Origin: Mesotaenium endlicherianum
Lineage: Eukaryota
Assembly (NCBI GenBank): GCA_009602735.1
Contig: WELA01003362.1
Span: 62,001 to 85,432, forward strand
Length of the DNA stretch: 23,432 nucleotides
Direction of reading: 5' to 3'
This document shows, in pieces, positions 8,666-15,813 of this stretch (its first letter is position 1; every line of letters begins with the position of its first letter). A model generated the notes under the pieces. That model was not told the origin of the DNA. It did no database searches and saw nothing but the letters and a program-made list of their open reading frames with translations. Made by a program: the position numbers and the translations under genes.

Positions 8666-9859
8666 ATGGAAAAAACCCTTGCAGCGCCCGATCAGCCCTA
8701 TTTCAATTTGCAGTTTGCGTTGTTGTGTGCCAGTAACTTTTTATTCGCGGCCAGCTTTACCATGATGATTCCTGAATTGCCGGGATACCTTACCAAACTG
8801 GGAGGAGCTGAATACAAGGGACTCATCATTGCGCTCTTTACATTGATGGCGGGTATATCCAGGCCTTTCAGCGGTAAATTAACCGATACCGTAGGGCGTG
8901 TACCGGTAATGATCTTTGGGTCGCTGGTCTGTGTAGTATGCAGTTTGTTGTACCCCGTGCTGACTTCCGTTTCCGGGTTTTTATTGCTGCGTTTTTTTCA
9001 TGGCTTTTCTACAGGATTCAAGCCTACCGCCACTTCGGCTTATGGGGCAGATGTAGTGCATGAGTCGAGAAGGGGAGAAGCGCTGGGTGCATTATCTATT
9101 GGTTATACGGTGGGTATGTCGCTCGGACCATTATTGGGAAGTTACCTGGTGAATGCATTTTCTTATAACATCATGTTCTATGCATCGGCCGGACTGGCGC
9201 TGGGCTCTGTGATCATCCTGTATAATATCCGTGAAACGCTTCCCGATCCGAAAAAATTTTCTTTGCAGGTAATACGCGTACAAAAACATGAAGCGTTCGA
9301 AAGAACGGCGTTGAAGCCGGCCATCATCATGTTCCTGCTGGCCTTTTCCACCGGCAGTACTTTAACGCTGGCGCCGGATATGAGCGAATGGCTGGGCGTG
9401 CAGAACAAAGGATTGTTCTTTGCGTGGTATACGGTTTCCTCTTTGCTCATCAGGTTGTTTGCCAGCAAGTCTTCCGATAAATATGGAAGAGTACCTGTGT
9501 TGATTATTTCCTCCCTTGTGTTGGCTGCTGCGATGGCCATACTGGCATTGGCGCATTCGCCATTCATGTTGTTATTGAGTGCTACCATATTTGGTTTGAG
9601 CTGGGGTATGAACGGCCCTACCATTGCGGCCTGGACGGTAGACCGCTGCGCACCTGAGAACCGGGGGAAAGCAGTTGCCTCCATGTATATAGCGCTTGAA
9701 GCAGGTATTGGTATAGGCGCTTATTTGTCGGCCTTGATTTACCAAAATCTGTCTTCTCATTTTGTGTATGCTTTCATGATGCCATCTGTATTGGCGTTGG
9801 TATCGTTTGGATTGTTGATGGTATGGAGAAAGAAACAAGCGTTGTTGGTTGTAAGATGA
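8666..9859 (+). CDS. Major facilitator superfamily transporter
   Basis: 397 aa with about 12 hydrophobic segments. MFS motif A appears in both halves (GKLTDTVGRVP; SKSSDKYGRVP), plus LRFFHG and ENRGKA. Confidence 0.92.
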   Translation: MEKTLAAPDQPYFNLQFALLCASNFLFAASFTMMIPELPGYLTKLGGAEYKGLIIALFTLMAGISRPFSGKLTDTVGRVPVMIFGSLVCVVCSLLYPVLTSVSGFLLLRFFHGFSTGFKPTATSAYGADVVHESRRGEALGALSIGYTVGMSLGPLLGSYLVNAFSYNIMFYASAGLALGSVIILYNIRETLPDPKKFSLQVIRVQKHEAFERTALKPAIIMFLLAFSTGSTLTLAPDMSEWLGVQNKGLFFAWYTVSSLLIRLFASKSSDKYGRVPVLIISSLVLAAAMAILALAHSPFMLLLSATIFGLSWGMNGPTIAAWTVDRCAPENRGKAVASMYIALEAGIGIGAYLSALIYQNLSSHFVYAFMMPSVLALVSFGLLMVWRKKQALLVVR

Positions 9860-9888
9860 TAGTTGTTAGTTGTTAGATGTCAGTTGAT
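9840..9888. repeat. Seven-unit degenerate heptamer tract (consensus AGTTGTT) spanning two convergent stop codons
   Basis: CGTTGTT GGTTGTA AGATGAT AGTTGTT AGTTGTT AGATGTC AGTTGAT. Confidence 0.7.
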
Positions 9889-10978
9889 ATATTTTGCCTG
9901 GTAGTGAGATGATCAATTGATATAGTTCAAGCGTCAACAAAATAGCAATGACGGTGTTGTAAGTGAGTGTTGTTTGTTTGCATATTTCATCGAGTGATAC
10001 AGGTGCATTTTTTTCCTGCATAACCGACATTACTTTTTGTTCTTCATTCGAAAGGGAAGGGAACAAAGTGTTTTGCATTTTTGCGGTTGGTTTTTTAATT
10101 TCTTCCCATCCCATTGAAGCGGCGAGTTGTGCGGCATCTGTTAATAATATGGCTTTGTTTTGCTGGATGAGCTGCAGGCAGCCGGTGCTTTTCCCGTCGG
10201 TTATTTTGCCGGGAACGGCAAACACATCGCGATGGTAATTACAGGCGAGGTTTGCGGTGATCATACTGCCACCTTTGATGGCTGTTTCTATAACAATGGT
10301 CGCATGGGAGACGCCGGCTACGATACGGTTCCGGCGGGGGAAGTTGTGTTTATCCGGCGCCGTATCTTTCCCAAATTCTGTTAAGAGTCCTCCTTTTTCT
10401 ATTAATTCTCTTGCCAACGCATGGTGCTGCGATGGATAGATGGTATTGAACCCATGCGCCAGTACGCCCACTGTTCCGAGTGATTGTTTCAGCGCGGTCT
10501 TGTGTGCAATGGCATCGATACCGAAGGCTAGTCCGCTTATGATCAGTGGTTGCCATGGCTTTAATTCTTCGATGAGTTTTTCTGTTACCTGTTTACCATA
10601 AGTAGTATTGCTCCTTGTTCCAACAATGCTCACAATCCGGTGATGGTTAAGCGGTGTTGAGCCACGGTAGTATAATAAAACAGGCGCATCATAGCAATGC
10701 AGCAGCAGTTGCGGGTAATCCGGGTTCGACAGGAATAACGGATGTATCCCATGTTTTTGACAGAATCTGATTTCTTTTTCCGCTGCTTCGAATTGCCGGT
10801 ATCCTTTAATCTGTGCAGCTCTTATTTCACCGATGCCTGGCACCAGGCTCAATTCTTTTTTACTTGACTTGAATACCTGTAATGCCGATCCCAGGTGTTC
10901 TATGAGCAGCCTGCTATGAACCGGCCCCAGTTCGGGTACTTGTGTAAGTGCTACCTGGTATAATAGTTCCTGGCTCAT
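9866..10978 (-). CDS. dprA: DNA-processing protein DprA (Smf)
   Basis: Motifs YPQLL...DAPVLLYYRG, IVGTR, ISGLAFGIDAIAH, FPRRNRIVAG and GGSMITA, with a C-terminal winged-helix-like LLTLEL...LPGKIY. Confidence 0.95.
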   Translation of the reverse strand: MSQELLYQVALTQVPELGPVHSRLLIEHLGSALQVFKSSKKELSLVPGIGEIRAAQIKGYRQFEAAEKEIRFCQKHGIHPLFLSNPDYPQLLLHCYDAPVLLYYRGSTPLNHHRIVSIVGTRSNTTYGKQVTEKLIEELKPWQPLIISGLAFGIDAIAHKTALKQSLGTVGVLAHGFNTIYPSQHHALARELIEKGGLLTEFGKDTAPDKHNFPRRNRIVAGVSHATIVIETAIKGGSMITANLACNYHRDVFAVPGKITDGKSTGCLQLIQQNKAILLTDAAQLAASMGWEEIKKPTAKMQNTLFPSLSNEEQKVMSVMQEKNAPVSLDEICKQTTLTYNTVIAILLTLELYQLIISLPGKIYQLTSNN

Positions 10979-11276
10979 GCCAGCGAATATCTGCTATAAA
11001 GTAAGTAACAGCATTAGGTATTACTACTTCAATTTTTACTTTTCAGTATAGTATATTGATACCTGCAGAACGTGCTTTAGTCACTATAACCCTTTTAGTC
11101 AGATAACTATGCCCATCGGAGGTAAGATACTTTGATTCTTTTGGGGATTTTTTCTTTGCAGTCCTCATATCACCGATTTTTCATCATCTAAAGATACAAC
11201 GGAAAATGCATTTTTGTTGCTTTTAAATGCTATTGTGTCCATCCAGAAATTATTTAAAATACATAATTCTCGCTGG

Positions 11277-13187
11277 TTACATGCCAGTAATAGTGAAGGA
11301 AGTACGCCTGTTGAGGGCTCTTCCCGCTTCGGTACTGTTGTCGGCAACAGGTTTGCCGGCGCCATATCCTTTATAACTGAGGCGTTTGTTATCGATGCCT
11401 TTGCTCACCAGGTAATCTACAATGGCTTTGGCGCGGTTGGTAGACAATACAAGGTTATCTTCAGCTTTGCCCACATTGTCTGTGTGACCGCTGATCTGCA
11501 CTAGTAAACCTGCATTATCTTTTAATACCTGAACCAGTTGATCGAGCTCGGCAAGTCCCGTTTCAGGCAAGCGGTATTCGTTGTTAGCGAACAGGATATT
11601 GTGGAAAGTGAAAGAAGCATTGAGTGCAACCGGCTGCAAGAAAATGTCTTTTCGATAAGTACTGTCGGCCTCTTTTTTACTCAGGCCGTAGACTTCACTG
11701 TAAAACAGGTATCCTTTGCGGTTAACGGTAAAAGTATAGTCCTTGCCAATGGGTAAGGTGATGAAATAATCACCCACTTCATCGGTCTGCACTTTCATGA
11801 ACGATAGGTTGCTGCCGTTATCAATAAGCTCGATATTAGACGGAAGTGGCTTTTTAGTTTGTGCATCGGTCACTTTTCCTTTTACATAGATGGTGCGATA
11901 AGGACGGATATCGGGTCTTAATTCAAATTTGTAGAGATCCAATCCTCCTCTGCTGTCACTTCTGTCACTGGCATAATAAGCAGTGAGGCCATCTGCCGAT
12001 ACAGCCAGGCTTCCTTCGTTCTCAATAGTGTTGATGGGATAACCCAGGTTCTCAGGCGTTCCCCATTCTCCATTGGAACTTTTGCGGAGCACAAACAGAT
12101 CCGAACCGCCATAACCGGGTAATCCGTCTGAATGAAAGTAAAGGGTTTGGTTGTCGGCATGGATAAAAGGTGCGAATTCATCGCCGGCTGTGTTGATCGC
12201 AGGTCCCATGTTCACAGCAGGTGTCCATTTGCCATTGGCTTGCCGGTAGCTTACATACAAGTCGCGCCCTCCATAACCACCGGGACGGTTACTACTGAAA
12301 TACAACGCGCGCTTATCCGGACTCAACGATGGCGAACTTTCCCAGAATTCGGTATTGATGCTTTCGCCCATGTTCTGCGGCTCGCTCCATCCCTGCGGTG
12401 TGTAATACGAAATATAGATATCGAAGCCTCCATATCCCTTGCCAGAGATATCAGCGGCAAACAACATCCATTCACCATCTTGCGATACGGTGATGGCTCC
12501 TTTGGCGGGTTCAATGTTGATGTCTCCTTTAATAAGCCTGGCTGCAGCGAACCCCTGTTTGGTAATGCGGCTTTCAATAAAATCTTCGCGTTGCGCTCCT
12601 GTTCTCCTGGTAAATACCAATAGGCTGTCGGTAACGGTAACCGATGGATAGTATTCGTTCAAGGGCGTGTTAACACTGTCGCCCAGGTTAATGGGTATAA
12701 AGTTGTAATTGTTGTTGGGATGTTTTTTGGCATAGTCAATAGCGAACTCATAGCAACGTTTGCGGTAAGCAGCGCTTTTTTGTCCGCGTTCACTGATGCG
12801 TGGAATATTGGCGAAGACCGTTACGGCTTTCAACGCTTCTTCAAAGCGACCCAATCCGGCCAGGTTGATGGAATAGGGCAGGTTGAATACTTTGAAATAA
12901 TTGCTGTCGATACTTCTTGCTTTCTCATAGAGTGTAACAGCCTGCTGGTATTTTTTTAATTCGCCGCAAGCGCCCGCTAATGAGAGATAAGCCTCCATAT
13001 AATTGCTGTCGATCTTGATGCAATCGGTAAGCATGGGTACGGCGTTCCGGGTATCACCTGCCTGTAACAGATCAAGCGCTTTTTCGTATAAGGGAATCGC
13101 TTTTGGATTGATCTTTTGAGGCTGGTATGATTGAGCAAAACTGCCAATGCCAATGAAAAGGACGATATAAAAGAGAATTGGTTTCAT
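11277..13187 (-). CDS. OmpA-family peptidoglycan-binding protein with TPR, PD40/WD40-like repeats and a carboxypeptidase-regulatory-like domain (PorE/PG1058-like architecture)
   Basis: Signal peptide, then N-terminal TPRs and repeated NLG-INT...P-LS-DG--LYFSS-R-GG-GG-DLY units. The C-terminus has OmpA motifs ISGHTDNVG, NLVLSTNRA, GYG and NRR. Confidence 0.9.
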   Translation of the reverse strand: MKPILFYIVLFIGIGSFAQSYQPQKINPKAIPLYEKALDLLQAGDTRNAVPMLTDCIKIDSNYMEAYLSLAGACGELKKYQQAVTLYEKARSIDSNYFKVFNLPYSINLAGLGRFEEALKAVTVFANIPRISERGQKSAAYRKRCYEFAIDYAKKHPNNNYNFIPINLGDSVNTPLNEYYPSVTVTDSLLVFTRRTGAQREDFIESRITKQGFAAARLIKGDINIEPAKGAITVSQDGEWMLFAADISGKGYGGFDIYISYYTPQGWSEPQNMGESINTEFWESSPSLSPDKRALYFSSNRPGGYGGRDLYVSYRQANGKWTPAVNMGPAINTAGDEFAPFIHADNQTLYFHSDGLPGYGGSDLFVLRKSSNGEWGTPENLGYPINTIENEGSLAVSADGLTAYYASDRSDSRGGLDLYKFELRPDIRPYRTIYVKGKVTDAQTKKPLPSNIELIDNGSNLSFMKVQTDEVGDYFITLPIGKDYTFTVNRKGYLFYSEVYGLSKKEADSTYRKDIFLQPVALNASFTFHNILFANNEYRLPETGLAELDQLVQVLKDNAGLLVQISGHTDNVGKAEDNLVLSTNRAKAIVDYLVSKGIDNKRLSYKGYGAGKPVADNSTEAGRALNRRTSFTITGM

Positions 13188-13248
13188 AGGGATTTGAAAG
13201 TAGAGATTTAAACCAAGAAGTCAAAATATTTTAACTTTATAAAAAAAG

Positions 13249-13905
13249 ATGAAACAATTTTATACCATTGTTTATTGCTTGCTTGCAACAATATATTGCT
13301 GCCATGCGCAACTGCCGGTGAGCAAAGAGCCCCGGCACCACAATGTATTTGAGAATGCCTGGATACGGGTACTGGATGTGCGCATTCCTCCCCGCGATAC
13401 TTCACTTTTTCACAGGCATGAAATACCTTCTGTATTCCTGGTGTTGACCAAAACCAAAACGGGCTCCCAGGCAATTGTTGAACCGGCCAGGCCAAACCTT
13501 TCTTCGGGCAATATCTGGTATGAAAGTTTTGAAGAGAAACCACGGGTACATCGTGTATGGAATAATGATACTTCTGAGTTTCATGCGATGGACATTGAAT
13601 TGTTGCGTCATGCACATGGCGATACAAGTCCGCTGCCGGAGATGGATCATTTCACTTTGTTGTTTGATGAAGCACCTGTAAGGGCTTACCGGATAATGGT
13701 GGATGCGCATACCAACCTGCACCTGACGAAGCGGGCAACACCTGTTTTGATCATCAAATTAACAGATGAAGGAAGCGAGGTGAATGTGAATGGCAAACTA
13801 TATAAAAAAAGAGGCGACTTCAGTTTTATCGACGCAGACCAATCTATTGATCTTAACTACAAGGGAGCCGGGCGTGTGCCGCTGGCTTTTTTTGAGTTGA
13901 AATAA
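13249..13905 (+). CDS. Secreted hypothetical protein, probable tandem cupin-like fold
   Basis: Signal peptide ending CHA-Q. Two related halves begin VFENAWIRVLDVRIPP and LFDEAPVRAYRIMVDA. The first half has a His motif FHRH and a later HRV. TAACTTTA lies upstream at 13232-13239. Confidence 0.7.
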   Translation: MKQFYTIVYCLLATIYCCHAQLPVSKEPRHHNVFENAWIRVLDVRIPPRDTSLFHRHEIPSVFLVLTKTKTGSQAIVEPARPNLSSGNIWYESFEEKPRVHRVWNNDTSEFHAMDIELLRHAHGDTSPLPEMDHFTLLFDEAPVRAYRIMVDAHTNLHLTKRATPVLIIKLTDEGSEVNVNGKLYKKRGDFSFIDADQSIDLNYKGAGRVPLAFFELK

Positions 13906-13929
13906 CAGCAACAGTGAAGACCTGCTGCA

Positions 13930-14550
13930 TCAGGGAACATGGATGTATTTGTGTACCTGCAAGCTCAATTCCCATTGAGGGTTTGATTTGATATAATCGA
14001 TGATCAGCGGTGTTACTTTATCGGACTGGTCCCATTCAGGTTGCAGGTAAAGCTTGCAAGTGGGATTTACTTGCGCAGCATAAGTTTCAGCCCATGTAAA
14101 ATCGTGTTTGTTGTATATGATCACTTTGAGTTCATGGGCCAGGGGTACGATTTCAGGTAATGGCGCTTTGAATTTTTTAGGAGAGAGACAGATCCAGTTC
14201 CAGTTACCACTGAGCGGAGAAGAGCCGGATGTTTCGATATTGGTCTCGAAACCGGCTTCCTGCAAGGCATGTGTAAGTTCATCCAGCGAATGCATCAAAG
14301 GCTCTCCGCCTGTTATAACGGCGAGCCGGCCGGGATATTTTTTTGCTTCCCCAACGATGGCTTCTACCGATAACAATGGATGTTGGGATGCATCCCAGCT
14401 TTCTTTCACATCACACCAAAAACAACCTACATCGCATCCGCCCAGTCTTATGAAATAAGCGGCACGACCCTGGTGGAAGCCTTCACCTTGTAAAGTGTAG
14501 AAGGACTCCATAACGGGGAGGAGGGTGGTATGGGAGTTGTGAGTTGTCAG
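13930..14550 (-). CDS. queE: 7-carboxy-7-deazaguanine synthase (radical SAM)
   Basis: Motifs FYTLQGEG, RLGGCDVGCFWCD (CxxxCxxC), ITGGEP, IETSG, LSPK, LQPE and QVHKY. The start is uncertain: ATG 14511 or in-frame CTG 14550. Confidence 0.92.
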   Translation of the reverse strand: MTTHNSHTTLLPVMESFYTLQGEGFHQGRAAYFIRLGGCDVGCFWCDVKESWDASQHPLLSVEAIVGEAKKYPGRLAVITGGEPLMHSLDELTHALQEAGFETNIETSGSSPLSGNWNWICLSPKKFKAPLPEIVPLAHELKVIIYNKHDFTWAETYAAQVNPTCKLYLQPEWDQSDKVTPLIIDYIKSNPQWELSLQVHKYIHVP

Positions 14551-14562
14551 TTGTGAGTTGTT
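14535..14562. repeat. Four-unit heptamer tandem repeat AGTTGTN at the folD/queE junction
   Basis: AGTTGTG AGTTGTC AGTTGTG AGTTGTT. Confidence 0.8.
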
Positions 14563-15425
14563 AGATATGCTTGCATGGTATTTTTCAAAAGGCCGGCGAT
14601 GGTCATCAGGCCTACACCACCGGGTACAGGTGTGATGGCGCTGGTTTTTTCGGCCGCTTGTTCATAAGCCACATCGCCTTTGATACGGAATCCTTTTTTA
14701 GCAGTGGGGTCGGCTACACGGGTAATGCCTACATCGATCACTACAGCGCCTGGCTTGATCATATCGGCTGTTACGAAACCGGGTTTGCCCAATGCGGCTA
14801 CCAGTATATCTGCAGTGGCGCAAACTGCTTTAATATCGGGCGTATGCGAATGACAGATGGTAACGGTGCAATTGCCTTGCGGAAGATTGCTGCTGAGCAG
14901 GATGCTCATGGGGCGGCCAACAATATTGCTTCTGCCAATAACTACAGCGTGCTTGCCTTTTGTTTCAATACGAAAATGCTCCAGCAGCAGCATGATGCCA
15001 TAAGGAGTAGCCGGTACGAATGTGGGCAGTCCCTGTACCAACTTGCCTACGCTGATGGGATGAAAACCATCCACATCTTTGGAAGGGGCTATGGCTTCGA
15101 TGACTTTCTGTTCGCGGATCTGTTTGGGCAGGGGCAGTTGCACGAGAATACCGTCTACCGAAGGATCGGCATTGAGTTCGGCAATTTTTTGCAGCAGTAC
15201 AGATTCTTCAATGTTTTCATCGAAACGGACTAGGGAAGACCTGAATCCGGTTTCTTCACAGTTTTTCACTTTGCTGGCCACATAGGTTTCACTGGCGCCA
15301 TTGGTTCCCACCAGTATGGCAGCTAAATGCGGGGCGCGTTTACCTGCCTGTACCAAGGCTGAAGTTTGCTGGGTCAATGCTGCTTTTACCGCTGCAGAGG
15401 CGACTTTCCCATCGAGTATTAACAT
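14547..15425 (-). CDS. folD: Bifunctional methylenetetrahydrofolate dehydrogenase/cyclohydrolase
   Basis: Motifs ILDGK, YVASK, GILVQLPLP, KDVDGFHP, GRSNIVGRP, VIDVGI and ITPVPGGVG. Confidence 0.96.
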   Translation of the reverse strand: MLILDGKVASAAVKAALTQQTSALVQAGKRAPHLAAILVGTNGASETYVASKVKNCEETGFRSSLVRFDENIEESVLLQKIAELNADPSVDGILVQLPLPKQIREQKVIEAIAPSKDVDGFHPISVGKLVQGLPTFVPATPYGIMLLLEHFRIETKGKHAVVIGRSNIVGRPMSILLSSNLPQGNCTVTICHSHTPDIKAVCATADILVAALGKPGFVTADMIKPGAVVIDVGITRVADPTAKKGFRIKGDVAYEQAAEKTSAITPVPGGVGLMTIAGLLKNTMQAYLTTHN

Positions 15426-15438
15426 GGGCGCAAAGGTA
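15426..15438 (-). promoter_or_regulatory. -7 promoter element of folD
   Basis: The minus strand reads TACCTTTG-CGCCC-ATG, an exact TAnnTTTG match. Confidence 0.75.
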
Positions 15439-15813
15439 TTTCAAATAGGGGAGGATTCCATCTGCGCTGATAATTAAAAATAAATAAATAGGTTAATCAG
15501 TAGTGATTTAATTTATAGAACAATTATTAAGATTGTTTCCATCTAATGCAATGCTGTAGCGGGTTTTAAAGAGTAGCACAAAATCGTTTTTGCTTTTCTT
15601 TTCATATACAATGAGTTAGAAGTGTTCCGCTTAAACTTCGATTAAATTACATGAATAGCAAAAGTAAAGCGCAGCCTTTTTAAAATAAAATCAGTCTTTT
15701 TGGGGAACAAAAGATTAAGCTTTTGTTAAATGACGATTACGAACGTTTGTTTTAACAAGTCATTACAACCACCAAATCTTTTTGTTACAGCACATTAATT
15801 AAAACTAAAGCAC

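Noticed and set aside
11165..11365. 66-aa minus-strand ORF, or its 25-aa tail MDTIAFKSNK..., in the ompA-dprA spacer
   Set aside because: It overlaps the ompA 3' end out of frame and has no motif or initiation signal, so it cannot be supported without Ribo-seq.
13906..13929. Possible terminator between the cupin-like gene and queE
   Set aside because: Only a short mismatched stem is present, with no U-tract on either strand.
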